Shown: positions 36,481 through 47,536, counted from the stretch's first letter. The stretch is 64,000 bases of DNA from an uncultured delta proteobacterium (GCA_963696385.1 CAVOKF010000003.1:448001-512000); one strand, 5' to 3'. A program made the numbers and translations. Notes: generated by a model from the letters alone, not told the origin.

Positions 36481-36599
36481 GACGCGTCCACGAGATTTCG
36501 AGCCACGGAGGGGTGGATCCGACTTTGTTGAATAATATCATTGGTATCGTAACATTGTGACCCACTTGAGACGACTCCCAGGACGATTCGAGGCCTGGC

Positions 36600-36791
36600 G
36601 AGCTCATCGCCGCGAAGCAAGCCAAGGCGGCGCGGCCCCTATCGACGGCGGGCGGACAGCACGCCACGGGGCGGTCCGACCCGAAGCCCGCGCCGACGGC
36701 CAGGTCCGCTCCCGGAAAGCCGGCCCCAGCGACGAAGCGGTCGCGCGCGCGCGACGTCGAGGTCATCGTACGCCGAAAGCCGAACCCGTAA
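36600..36791 (+). pseudogene. 3' fragment paralogous to the HTH gene at 48270-48803
   Basis: [11 protein letters not shown]...[24 protein letters not shown]. Confidence 0.75.
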
Positions 36792-36936
36792 GACGGTGGC
36801 CCGAGTGCCGTTGAATGCGGCAGGGCCTTTGCCGAAACACGTGACCTCGAGCGAATCCGGCGCGAGAACGTCAACGATTCATCGCGAGCCGCGAGGCCGA
36901 GATCCCGGGCACGGCGGGCGGGATACGATTCGATCA

Positions 36937-37310
36937 TGCACGCTCGTCACCGCCGATGTCTTCACGGATCGTGCGTTCGGAGGCAATCCCCTTGCCGTCT
37001 TTCCCGACGCCACCGCCATTGCCGAAGCCCAGCTCGTGCCCATTACTCGCGAGTTCAACTATTCGGAGACCACGTTCGTCTTCCCTCCAACCGATCCGCA
37101 CCATATGCGGCGCGTTCGAATCTTCACTCCGGCGGCGAAACGACTCGAATCACGTTCGAGGAGAACGTCGGGGTCGTGCCGGTCGTCATTCGGACCCGCG
37201 GCGGCGTCCCGGTCTTCGAGCGGCTCTCGGTCGCGAAGTTGCCCGAAGTCGGTCCTTTTGCCGGTCACCCGACGCTGGGGACCGCGCACGTCTTGGCGAC
37301 CCTGGGCACG
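36937..37310 (+). pseudogene. PhzF-family isomerase fragments, rearranged
   Basis: [36 protein letters not shown] spread over two frames. Confidence 0.85.
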
Positions 37311-37369
37311 ACGCCGCCAAGGAGCCGGTCCCCGGCTGTGTTTGCCCTCTGCGATGGCCCACCATCGTC

Positions 37370-37840
37370 ATCCGGACGGCGCGACAGATTCTGCTGGAAC
37401 AAGGACCCTGCGATGCCCACGACATTTTCGCGCTCAGCGCGGATCTCGAGGTCACGCGCTACACCGGCGGCGACTCGTTCGAGTCCGTGGAATCCGCCCG
37501 ACGCTTCTTCGAGAGCTATCGGCACATTCACCGCCGTGAAGGGATGGCGCGTTGGACGGCACTCGACTCACGGACGGGCGAGTTTCTCGGCTGGTGCGGA
37601 CGGCGGCGTCAATCCGACGGAGACGTCGACCTGGGCTGTCGATACCGTCGATCCGTTTGGGGACGTGGGCTCGCGACCGAAGTGGGGCAGGCTTGCCTTC
37701 GGGTCGCATTCGAGCGCTTGCGGCTCTCGAGTGTCATCGCAAGAGCCCACCCCGAGAACGTGGCCTCTCTGGCGTGATTCAAAAGCTGGACTTCGAGTTC
37801 GAGGCGACTCGTGGTTCGAGGGCTTGCCGGCTGTCGTTCA
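37370..37840 (+). pseudogene. RimJ/RimL GNAT acetyltransferase, frameshifted
   Basis: GEFLGWCG, WGRGLATE, HPENVAS, then a frame change to VIQKLDF. Confidence 0.75.
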
Positions 37841-38030
37841 TCGGCTGCGCGTCGACGCTTGCGGTCGCTAGACGCCACCGAGACCCGAACCAGCTGACCA
37901 CGACCCCTCGAGGCGCTCGCGCCTGCGCCGCACGGTCGTCCTTCCGCTCGTGAAGTCTTGCAGGCTCCCGCCCACTTGCACGGCCTTCTTGCCGGAGCTC
38001 GCGCCTCCCGACAGCGGACCCGGCTCCCCA

Positions 38031-38447
38031 TTAGGCCACGAACGGATTAACCACAAGCATGGCCCCGAAGCGCTGCCCTGCGTTCAGATCCTCGGAATAC
38101 AGCCGGTCGCACCCCGCGGTGATCGCGGCTTGCACGACGAGGGCGTCCCAGAAGGAGAGCTTGGCGTGTCGCTGGAGGTCGATCGCGCCGAGCAGGATAG
38201 GCCCGGTGTTGTCGACGACGGTCCAGGTCAAATACTCATCGACGATGTCTCTCGCCTTGCCGACCGCAAGGGGCTTCTTCAGCTTGCGTGTCACCGTCAC
38301 GTAGAACTCCTGGAGGATCTGCACGCTCAGGACTCCGTCGCGAAGGTCCCACAATTGCAGGACGAGGTCGCGTGCCAAGCGCTGCTTGTCCTTCGCGTCG
38401 GAGTCCTCCGCGTAGACGAGGACGTTCGTGTCAACGAAGCTTGGCAC
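38031..38447 (-). CDS. PIN-domain (VapC-like) toxin
   Basis: FVDTNVLVY, QILQEFY, SFWDALVV, LYSEDL, NPF. Confidence 0.93.
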   Translation of the reverse strand: MPSFVDTNVLVYAEDSDAKDKQRLARDLVLQLWDLRDGVLSVQILQEFYVTVTRKLKKPLAVGKARDIVDEYLTWTVVDNTGPILLGAIDLQRHAKLSFWDALVVQAAITAGCDRLYSEDLNAGQRFGAMLVVNPFVA

Positions 38448-38679
38448 GGTCGTGGATCTCGTCGCGAGACGGAAGCTTGCCTCCGCCAAGGGGCTGCCCG
38501 CGACGGAGGCGATTCAGCGCAGCCGCCCTGGCCTTGGCATACTTCTGCTGTCGCCCCACGAGACCAGCAAGCTCGAGCCGAAGAAACGCCGACACGGACA
38601 GGCCGCGTTGCGCCGCGAGAACGCGCGCTTCGCGCAGCGTCTCCTCGTCCAATGTGAGAGTGATGTTCCTCGCGGACAC
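38431..38679 (-). CDS. Ribbon-helix-helix antitoxin
   Basis: NITLTLDEETL..GLSVS; overlaps the toxin start. Confidence 0.85.
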   Translation of the reverse strand: MSARNITLTLDEETLREARVLAAQRGLSVSAFLRLELAGLVGRQQKYAKARAAALNRLRRGQPLGGGKLPSRDEIHDRAKLR

Positions 38680-38777
38680 GCAATATACGCGTAACACGTG
38701 TTTTACGTGCGAGCAAGCCGTCGCCCGATGTCACCCGGTGGGGCCGCCCTGACGCCGCCGCTCGCGACGACCTCGCA

Positions 38778-38845
38778 CCGCTCCCACGGCAGCGCGCGGT
38801 GAGCGACCAGGTTGCATCTGCGACGCGCGGGACTTTTGCGCGATA
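38778..38845 (+). pseudogene. Second tiny VirD4 remnant
   Basis: SHGSAR-stop-ATRLHLRRAGLLR resembles 35777-35840. Confidence 0.6.
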
Positions 38846-39067
38846 GCCAACGCCTTGTTTCGCGGCCAGAACGGCGCGGGAAAGACGACGTTCGCGTTTC
38901 GATGAGGCCCTCGACAGTCTCTACGCCCACCGGCATGAGACGCCCGACAGGCGAGCAAAAGCGACAAGATGGTCGCGCTTGCCGGCTAGAATGGGGCCGA
39001 GCGGGTGGCAGGTGATTCCAGGCGAGGTAATGTCGAGGCGACGATGACCGACGGCCCGAGCGGACTG

Positions 39068-39374
39068 CCGCCGCTTACGCTCGGAACCGTCATCAACGAC
39101 CGCTACGGAATTCGGCAGCGCCTCGGCAGGGGCGAGATGGGTGAAGTCTTTCTCGCGTAGCACACGTCTGCGGTTCGAACACGAGACTCGCAACACCCGC
39201 GTCGACGTCTCGGATGTCGATCGCACGGTCGTCGAAGGTGTGCGCGCCCGGTTCGACCCCTTCCACGGACGCATCGCCCCACACGCTACGCTCGTCTTCG
39301 CCGTCGACCGCCTCGACGCCGACAGGCTCGGAGCGCACGTCGTCGAGCGTGTCTTGGGTGACGGGGTAGAGTGA
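39068..39374 (+). pseudogene. Adjacent remnants of a Ser/Thr kinase N-terminus and a 2H phosphoesterase
   Basis: GTVINDRY..LGRGEMGEVFLA-stop; then RARFDP..IAPHATLVF. Confidence 0.6.
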
Positions 39375-39380
39375 GCGCCG

Positions 39381-40169
39381 ATGAGCGCATCCATCAACGC
39401 CCCTCTGGGCCACGAGCTCGTCGGCTCCGGCCCGTCGCACGTCGTGATCCTGAATGATTGGCTGTGCGACACGTCGACCTGGGACAGCGCCCGGTCGTAC
39501 CTCGACTCTTCGCGATTCACATTCGCCTTCGCCAATCTCCGCGGCTACGGCCGCTCGCGCGGACGTGTTGGCGCTTTCACGGTCGTCGAAGCCGCAAGCG
39601 ATGTCCTCGCTCTCGCGGAGGCGCTGGCTTGGCCTCGGTTCGCGATCGTCGGCCACTCCATGAGCACGCTCGTTGCGCTCCACCTCGCGCAGAATCACAC
39701 AGACCGGATCTCGCACGTCGTCGTGCTCACGCCACCGCCGCTCGCAGGCTTCGGTGCAGACGATGCCGCCCTGGCGCGGGCCGCAGCCTCGCGAGAGCTC
39801 GCGTTCGCCGACGACGCGACGCGATTGGCCGTGCTCTCGCAGCGATTCGCCGCACGCTTGTCGCCGGGTTGGACGCGCTTCAAGGTATCGCGATGGCGTG
39901 CGGGCGCCGATCCGGCCGCGGCAGCCGCCTACGTCGCGATGTTCGCGCTCGACGGTCTGCCGAATCCGAACGCTCGCATCGCCGTCCCCGTGCTCGCGAT
40001 CACCGGCGAGCAGGACCTGCTCCCCATGCGAAGCGGCGCCGTCGCGCACGCGTTGGGGCCTCTTTGCGATCGGCTCGTCGTCTCGCCGCTCGCAGATTCC
40101 GGTCATTATCCTATGCAGGAGATGCCGCCGTTGACCGTGGCGCTCGTGGAGCGATTTCTCGCGAGCTGA
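39381..40169 (+). CDS. Alpha/beta hydrolase
   Basis: LRGYGRS, VGHSMS, GEQD, SGHYPMQE. Confidence 0.9.
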   Translation: MSASINAPLGHELVGSGPSHVVILNDWLCDTSTWDSARSYLDSSRFTFAFANLRGYGRSRGRVGAFTVVEAASDVLALAEALAWPRFAIVGHSMSTLVALHLAQNHTDRISHVVVLTPPPLAGFGADDAALARAAASRELAFADDATRLAVLSQRFAARLSPGWTRFKVSRWRAGADPAAAAAYVAMFALDGLPNPNARIAVPVLAITGEQDLLPMRSGAVAHALGPLCDRLVVSPLADSGHYPMQEMPPLTVALVERFLAS

Positions 40170-40607
40170 CGCGCGCCGCAGATCGGCGCAGGGCTCGCAC
40201 TGAGTCGGGGACCCAACCGGGCGCCGACCGGCCCGAAGACCGCGCCGCCGGCCTCCGCTGTGGGACAGTCGGCACCGGTGACGAAGCGGTCGCGCGTGCA
40301 CGACGTCGAGATCATCGTACGGGCGTCCCGTTTGCACGACGGCCAGGCCGCGATCGTGCCAATGCTTGCCGGCCCTCGAGGAGGAGCGCGCGCCGCGCGC
40401 CCAGCGCGAGGCGAAGCGGCCGCAAACGCGTTTCGGCGGGGGGGGACGAAGGCACCCCTCCGAGGCCCTGGGGTACATTCTCCCGCGATGGTCGACCTCG
40501 CCCCTCAGCAGCTTGCATCGCGTCCCACTTGCCGCGTCCGCTGAACTGCGGAGGAGAACCTTCGGCGACGGCATTCACGATGACCAACAGCCGGTCGACC
40601 GCTCTTT

Positions 40608-41018
40608 TCAAACTCGTTCGATCACGACCTTCCCGAACTCCATTGCGCCGGCCTGAAGCGCGCGGAAATCATCGACATCCGACGTGTAGATCACGTCCCC
40701 TCGTAGCCACGCCGACGTCAGAACAATGGCGTCGATCGTACCCTTGTCCGGCTTCACTCCGTGGACCCGCCCCAGGAACTCGCCCGCCAAGCTGGCCACC
40801 CTCTTGGTCAGGTCTTCCACCAGGACGGAAGCCAGAACGATCTCGCGAAATCGTCGGCCCGCCCCAGCTCGCCACCACTCCGCGATGACCACGGTTGGAA
40901 CGGTGATCGGCACATTGTGACGCTGCGCTGTTGCGTAGACGCGGTCCATCTCCGTGCGCTTGCGTTCCAGTGCAATCAGCGCGCCCGTATCGAACGTGAT
41001 GCCCCTCTGTCGGTTCAT
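40608..41018 (-). CDS. PIN-domain toxin
   Basis: FDTGALIAL, VIAEWWR, IDAIV, TSDVDD. Confidence 0.88.
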   Translation of the reverse strand: MNRQRGITFDTGALIALERKRTEMDRVYATAQRHNVPITVPTVVIAEWWRAGAGRRFREIVLASVLVEDLTKRVASLAGEFLGRVHGVKPDKGTIDAIVLTSAWLRGDVIYTSDVDDFRALQAGAMEFGKVVIERV

Positions 41019-41368
41019 CTCCGACGCGCCATCGGGCGACTGCCGCGTGCCGGTCGCTGGGCTCTTTTGGCCGGACCATCGAAGGCCGAAACGACCTCGG
41101 CTTCGGTGGGTGGAGGTGGCGCCCGGCCCCACAGCTCGAGGAGCTCCCGCTGCTCCTGTGCCGAGGGCAACTGGTCCGACGGAAACGTCGCCATCACTTC
41201 TTCGGCGGCGCGACGCCGTTCGAGCTCCGCGATGACGTCCGCCAAGTGACGCTCAAGCGCGATGCTGACGAGCGACGACAAGCTGACACCTGTGCGCTCC
41301 GCGGCCGTCTTGGCCAGTCCCAAAGCGTGACGCTCCACGGTCAGGCTCACTTTCGCGGTCGACGCCAT
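41015..41368 (-). CDS. Ribbon-helix-helix antitoxin
   Basis: KVSLTVE..GVSLSSLVS; ATGA overlap with the toxin. Confidence 0.8.
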   Translation of the reverse strand: MASTAKVSLTVERHALGLAKTAAERTGVSLSSLVSIALERHLADVIAELERRRAAEEVMATFPSDQLPSAQEQRELLELWGRAPPPPTEAEVVSAFDGPAKRAQRPARGSRPMARRR

Positions 41369-41662
41369 GCTGCCCACGGTACCATGGTGCGATCACAATC
41401 GCACCAAGACGACTATGCTCCTGTCGGCATGGGTCGCAGGAGGCCGCCTCTTGCCTCGTGCACTTCTTGTTCCGTTGCGCGATCGGGCAGCCGTAGCCGG
41501 AGCACGCATTACGCCGGCGCGAACCGCTCGGAGGAGATCCGGCCGACGGCTGGCGCGATCACCGTTCCTACAGAAGGTGCGGCCTGCGCGCGACGCGCGA
41601 CGCGTGCGCAAGGACATCGAGCGGCAAGCTCGGAGCCGTTCAGGAAGTCGACGATCGCGTCC

Positions 41663-42598
41663 TCACGCCGCCGAAGCGCGCGAAAGGCGCTCGTGCTCCT
41701 CGGACGACAGCACGAGTGTCGCCATGGGCAGGAGCTCCTCGAGCTGCTCGCGCGTGCGCGCGCTCGCGAGCACTGACGTCACGCTTGGCCGCGCCGCAAG
41801 CCAGCTGAGCGCGACAGCGGACACGGTGGTCCCCTTCTGGGCGGCGATCGCGTCCAGCGCCCCGAGCACGCGCAGCCCACGCTCGTTCAGGTATGAGCTC
41901 GCTCCCGGCGCGCGAGCACTCTCGACCTTGTTTCCCCACCTATACTTGCCCGTTAAGAACCCCTTCGCGAGCGAATAATAGGGCAAGCACGCGATCTCTT
42001 GCTTCGCGCACAGGGGGGCGAGATCGCGCTCGTACTCGACGCGGTCCATCAGGTTGTAGTGAGGCTGGAGCGCGACGTAAGGCGACAGCCCCTTGCCCTT
42101 CGCGATCGACAGTGCCTCCGCCAGTCGGGGTGCCGTGTAGTTCGATGCAGCGACGTGACGGACCTTTCCTTCCTTCACGAGTGCATCGAACGCGCGCAGC
42201 GTCTCCTCGATCGGCGCCGACTCATCGTCGCGGTGGGCATAGTACAGATCGATGACTTCGGTGCCGAGGCGCTTCAGCGAGGCCTCGGCGGCGGCCCGCA
42301 CGTTCTTGCCGGACAGTCCCTTGAACGAGGGATGCAGCCCAACCTTCGTCGCCACGATGATCCGGGAGCGGTTCTTCCGCGACCCCATCCAGCGGCCGAT
42401 GATCGTCTCGGATTCCCCGCCGGGGTGACCGGCCACCCACGACGAGTACGTGTCCGCGGTGTCGACGAAGTTGCCGCCCGCCGCGGCGTAGGCGTCTAGC
42501 ACCTCGAACGAGACGGCCTCGTCCGCGGTCCAACCGAAGACGTTGCCGCCGAGGCAGAGGGGGAAGACTTGGAGCGAGGTGGAACCAAGGGTTCGCAT
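41663..42598 (-). CDS. Aldo/keto reductase
   Basis: LGGNVFG, DTADTY, IDLYYAH, QPHYNL, GFLTGKY. Confidence 0.93.
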   Translation of the reverse strand: MRTLGSTSLQVFPLCLGGNVFGWTADEAVSFEVLDAYAAAGGNFVDTADTYSSWVAGHPGGESETIIGRWMGSRKNRSRIIVATKVGLHPSFKGLSGKNVRAAAEASLKRLGTEVIDLYYAHRDDESAPIEETLRAFDALVKEGKVRHVAASNYTAPRLAEALSIAKGKGLSPYVALQPHYNLMDRVEYERDLAPLCAKQEIACLPYYSLAKGFLTGKYRWGNKVESARAPGASSYLNERGLRVLGALDAIAAQKGTTVSAVALSWLAARPSVTSVLASARTREQLEELLPMATLVLSSEEHERLSRASAA

Positions 42599-42875
42599 CG
42601 GCACCTTAGGATGACCCAAAGCATGCTCCGGATGCGGAGCGGTGGCTGCATGGACCGGGAACCCGCCCCGTTCGGGAGGGAGCGCGGCCGGAACCGAACC
42701 CCGGTCTCCCCAAGCAATGGCTCGAGCGCGCCCCATGAACCGGAACGCATGCCCGCGACGCGTTCGGTCTCCGGAAGCCGGGCTGTGCTGCAGGCAGGGC
42801 AATGCGTCACGTGGAAGCAAGTGCCTTGCGGCGCCGAACGCGGCCGCACCCAGATGATGGTTTCGGGGACGGCGT

Positions 42876-43539
42876 CCGGACGTACCTCGACTCTTCGCGA
42901 TTCACATTTGCTTTCGCCGATCTCCGCGGCTACGGCCGCTCGCGCGGACGCGCTGGCGCCTTCACGGTCGTCGAAGCCGCAAAGCGATGTCCTCGCTCTC
43001 GCCGATGGGCTGAATTGGCTCCGGTTCGCAATCGTCGGCCACTCCACGAGCGCGCTCGTTGCGCTCCACCCCGCGCAGAATCACGCAGACCGGATCTCGC
43101 ACGTCGTCGCGCTCACGCCCCCACCACTCGCGGGCTTCGGTGCAGACGATTCCGCCCTAGCGCGGGCCGCAGCCTCGCGAGAGCTCGCCTTCGCCGACGA
43201 CGCGACGCGGCTGGCCGTACTCTCGCAGCGATTCGCCGCGCGCTTGTCGCCAGGTTGGACGCGCTTCAACGTATCGCGATTGCGTGCCGGCACCGACCCC
43301 GCCGCGGCAGCCGCCTATGTCGCGATGTTCCCGCGCGACGGTCTGCCGAACCCGACCGATCGCATCACCGCACCGGCGAGCAGGACGTGCCCCCCGTGCG
43401 AAGCGACGCCGTCGCGCGCAGACCGGGGCCTCTTTGCGGTCGCCTCGTCGTCTCGCCGCTCGCAGAGTCCGGTCATTATCCCATGCAGGAGATGCCCCCG
43501 CTGACCGTGGCGCTCGTGGAGCGATTTCTCACGACCTGA
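42876..43539 (+). pseudogene. Degraded duplicate of the hydrolase at 39381-40169
   Basis: Closely similar DNA; 5' truncated, extra A near 42983, short deletion near 43370. Confidence 0.9.
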
Positions 43540-43696
43540 GCGGACCCGGGCCAAGCCCACGTCTTTCGCGAATCTCCGTCGGGGGGGACGATTGGGCGAA
43601 GGCAAGACGCGTCAAGCCGAGCGGCGCGAACTCATCTTCGGCTGAGCACCCGCCGCGCGCTGCCGTGCGCCGCGTCGAGATCGCGGGCGACCCTGC

Positions 43697-44641
43697 TCAG
43701 GCAGCCGGCTGCAATGCGCGTCGCAGCTCCGCCGCGCACAACGCGAGCGCGGTCTCGGCCTCGTCGATCAGCCGGCTCATCGACACGAAGCCGTGCATCT
43801 GGCGCGCGAACAGCACGTAGCTCGCGCGGTTGCCTGCCGCGGTGAGCCGTTTCGCGTACGCCGCCGCTTCGTCGCGCAGCGGATCGAAGCCCGCGGTCAG
43901 CACCAGCGCCGGCGGTAGCCTCGACAGGTCCGGGTGCAGCAGCGGCGAGGCGCGCCAGTCACTGTACTGCGCCGGGTCGGCGACGTAGTGGCGGATGAAC
44001 CAGGCGAGCGTCTCGCGCGGCAGCATGTAGCCCCGGCCGTTCTCGGCGTGCGACGGGGCAGTACAGTGCATGTCGGTGGCCGGGTAGATCAGCAGCTGGA
44101 ACGCGATCGGCAGTTCGCCCCCGTCGCGCGCCGCGATCGAGACAACGGCGGCGAGATTGCCGCCGGCGCTGTCGCCCCCGACCGCGAGCCGCGACCCGTC
44201 GAGGCCGAGCTCGGTGGCGTGCTCGTGCACCCAGCGCGCTGCGGCTATGCCGTCGATCACGGCGGCCGGAAACCGGTGCTCGGGACCTCGGCGGTAGTCG
44301 ACCGCGATCACCGCGCAGCCGGCGCGGTTCGCGAGCTCGCGGCACATGGCGTCGTGCGTGTCGAGATCGCCGAGGACCCAGCCACCGCCGTGGTAGTAGA
44401 CGAGGACTGGCAACGCCCCGCCGGACGCACCGATCGGCCGGTAGTAGCGCAGCCGGATCGCCCCGTCCGGTCCATCCACCGCCAGGTCCCGGACTTCGGC
44501 GACCGCCGGCGGCGGCGATTGCACGGCGCCAACGCGTTCGCGGAAGAATGCACGCGCCTCTGGGACGCTCAGCTCGTGTGCCGGTGGAACTCCGCTCTGC
44601 TCCATCCGATCGAGCAGCGTGCGTGCCTGAGGGTGCAACAT
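43697..44641 (-). CDS. HSL-family esterase/lipase
   Basis: HGGGW, GDSAGG, DPLRDE, HGF. Confidence 0.93.
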   Translation of the reverse strand: MLHPQARTLLDRMEQSGVPPAHELSVPEARAFFRERVGAVQSPPPAVAEVRDLAVDGPDGAIRLRYYRPIGASGGALPVLVYYHGGGWVLGDLDTHDAMCRELANRAGCAVIAVDYRRGPEHRFPAAVIDGIAAARWVHEHATELGLDGSRLAVGGDSAGGNLAAVVSIAARDGGELPIAFQLLIYPATDMHCTAPSHAENGRGYMLPRETLAWFIRHYVADPAQYSDWRASPLLHPDLSRLPPALVLTAGFDPLRDEAAAYAKRLTAAGNRASYVLFARQMHGFVSMSRLIDEAETALALCAAELRRALQPAA

Positions 44642-44767
44642 CGGTGGCCCTGCCCGGCGCCGAATAGCCGAGGCCCTTACCGTACCCGAATATCCGCCGG
44701 TGCCCAAGCGGCCGACGGGTGCTTCCGCGCAGACTTCGGCGTTCGCACTGCGCCGTGCCGCCGGCGA

Positions 44768-45954
44768 CTAGTTCCGCTGGACAGAAATTTGGCCAGATTC
44801 CGCGTTTCACGATAGCGGAGCGGCATGATCAATTACGCGGCGTTGGCGCACCGTCGGCACGGCGGGCGCCCGACGGTGCCGCTTGTGCTCTCGGCCGAAG
44901 AGCGGGCGAGGGTGGAGGCGGCCATGCGCCCTGCGACGGCCGAGCAACGGATCGTACGTCGGGCGACGGCCCTACTGATGATGGCGGACGCGGTGCCGGG
45001 GACGGACATCGCCCGCGCGGTGGGGGTGCACATTCGCACGGTGCAGGAGTGGCGTCGGCGCTTTGATGCCGAGCATCCGGCCGACACGCTTGCGGACGCC
45101 CCGCGCTCGGGACGCCCGCCCTCTCTCTCTCGGACGCCGACGCCGCGCGCATCGAGGCCGAGGCGTGCCGTCCACCCGAAGATGTAGGCGTGCCGGTCAC
45201 GCACTGGTCGGAATCGTTGCTCGGCGAGCACGTTCGCCAGCAGGGGATCGAGGTCAGCGACCGCACCGTGGGGCGCATCCTGCACGACGCCGACCTTCAA
45301 CCTCATCGCCAGAAGATGTACCTGACGTCGCACGACGAGGAGTTTCGCGAGAAGCGCGATGACGTGTTGCGCCTCTACTACGAGACGCCCACCGACGAGC
45401 ACATTATCTGCCTCGATGAGAGGACGGGCATCCAGGCGATCGAGCGCCGCTACGCGGACATCCCCATGCAGTCCGGGCAGCCGGTGCGCCGCGAGTTCGA
45501 ATACATCCGTCACGGCACGCTCTGCTGGATGGGTGCATTCGACGTGCGTCGCGGTCGCCCCTTCGGCTTCGCCTCCTGCGACCACAACAGCGATACCTTC
45601 ATCGACCTGCTCGATCTCGTGAACCTCTGCTACCCGGCCGGGCGCGGGCACTTCGTGATGGACAACCTGTCCGCCCACGACACGCCCGACGTCAACGAGT
45701 GGCTCGACGAGCACCCGCGTTGGACCCGACACTTCACGCCCAAGCACGCATCGTGGCTCAACCAGATCGAGTGCTGGTTCTCCATCCTTCAGCGACGCGT
45801 GATCGCTCGAGGTTCCTTCTCCTCGACCGAGCAACTCGCCGAGCGGCTCAACGCCTACGTCCTCTGGCACCTGCGCACTGACCAGCCCTTCCACTGGTCC
45901 TACCGCCCCAAGTCGTGGGGCGAATCCGGTGGGACTTCCGCCGAGCGGAACCAG
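44768..45954 (+). mobile_element. IS630-family insertion sequence; transposase split by a -1 frame change
   Basis: HTH ORF (DAPRSGRP) plus DDE ORF (CLDE, EFEYIRHGT, MDNLSAH, SWLNQIECWF); imperfect IRs CTAGTTCCGCT / AGCGGAACCAG. Confidence 0.92.
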
Positions 45955-46279
45955 AGCGACGCTCGTGCAAGAGCGCGAGCGCCGAGCGCTCGTCGGCATG
46001 GAGCGCGAGCATCGCAAAGACAAAGGCCCGCTGCGTCGCCGGATCGGTCGCGGCCGCCCGAATATCCGCTGCGACACTGCAGAACAGCACGCCGTCCATG
46101 CGCTCGGCGCCGGACTGTCCCGGGTTCGTGAGGAGGGCGTCGAAGCGCGCCAAGTGCCGCGTGATGAACGAGGCCTTAAGCATCGCTCGAGAATATCGCA
46201 AGCGACCGCGCGACCGAGCGCGACTTTCGGGGGCCCGGCGGAGGGCTCGTGGCGCTCGCGACCGGGCCGACGTGTCCAT

Positions 46280-46615
46280 GGGGGCATGGCCATCGATGCA
46301 ACGAGCGTCTACTGGACCCATCGCGGAGACCCGACCGGTGGCTACGTGCTGAGCGTGCCCAAAGCGGGTGGCGAGGTCGTCACTCTGGCGGCGGGTGATC
46401 GCCTGTCCGGCATCGCGGTCGACAGCACCCGTGGCTATTGGGTGGCCGGCACCTCTGATGCCTCGAGCGGCGCGGTCATGACGTTGCCCGTCGGCGGGCG
46501 GGACACCGACGACGCTCGCCTCGCGCCCCGGACCGCCTGCCCATCTCGCGGTGGATGCGTCGTACGTCTACTGGACCGAACTCATGGCCGGCACGGTCAT
46601 GAAGGTACCACCCTG
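46280..46615 (+). pseudogene. Beta-propeller repeat protein fragment
   Basis: MAIDATSVYWT, IAVDSTRGYW, LAVDASYVYWT repeats across frames; no start. Confidence 0.6.
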
Positions 46616-46971
46616 ACCCGAAGCGATCCGGAGCCTTTGCGCGGGGCCGGGACGCTCTCGAGAGGGTCGGACGCAGCGTGCCGCTCAGGGCTCGGCGACG
46701 CGCGCTCGTCGAATCGGCAACAATATCCAGACCGCGGCACCTGGAAGGACCACTGCCCCGACCCGTCGGAGCGGAATAACGAGGACTGAAGGTCCTCGTC
46801 GACGAGCGCGAGCCGCGCCTGCCTCTCCTCGACGTCATTGCCAGCATCCAACGCATGGGGCGTCCCGTGCGATGCGGCGAGCCGACCTCGTTTCCATCCC
46901 TACGACGCGCAGAACGACGCCGCGTCGCAGGCTCACGTCTGGCCGTGTAAATCCGATTGTCCTGATCGATC

Positions 46972-47478
46972 ATGAACGCCCCCGCCGATCTCTCCGCCTG
47001 GACGAACTTCTTGGTGACCTCCGCGGGCGCGTCGGCGGCCCTCGTTGGCCTGCTCTTCGTCGCCGTGTCCATCAACCTGGCGACCATTCTGGAGCACGCG
47101 TGGCTGCCCGCCCGTGCAGCCCTGGTGGTCATCATTCTGGTGGGCGCACTCGCGTGCGGCCTCGTCGGCCTCGTCCCCGGCCTGTCGATCCCGACGTCGG
47201 GCGTCCTCTTTTTCGTGATTGGCCTGATCGCGTCGGCTCTCACCGCATTCGTGCAGACAAGGGCGCGCGCGCCCGCGCACTCCTACGTCTCGCCGACGAC
47301 CCTCACGGTGTTGCAGATCGCTGCGGTCCAGGCCGGCCCTCTGTCGTTCGGGATCGCCGGTGCGTCGCTCGTCTGGGGACGAGGTGGCGGACTCTATTGG
47401 GTCGTCCCAGGGATGCTGTTCACGTTCATCGGGGCAATGTTCGTCTCGTGGGTGCTGCTCATCGAGATCCGTCGGTGA
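46972..47478 (+). CDS. Multi-TM membrane protein
   Basis: AGASAALVGLLFVAVSIN...SWVLLIEIRR. Confidence 0.8.
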   Translation: MNAPADLSAWTNFLVTSAGASAALVGLLFVAVSINLATILEHAWLPARAALVVIILVGALACGLVGLVPGLSIPTSGVLFFVIGLIASALTAFVQTRARAPAHSYVSPTTLTVLQIAAVQAGPLSFGIAGASLVWGRGGGLYWVVPGMLFTFIGAMFVSWVLLIEIRR

Positions 47479-47536
47479 CGGGCTCGGAGACCACGCTCGT
47501 CTTCCCTGCCATCGACGGCGCCTTCGCCGATCGGCC

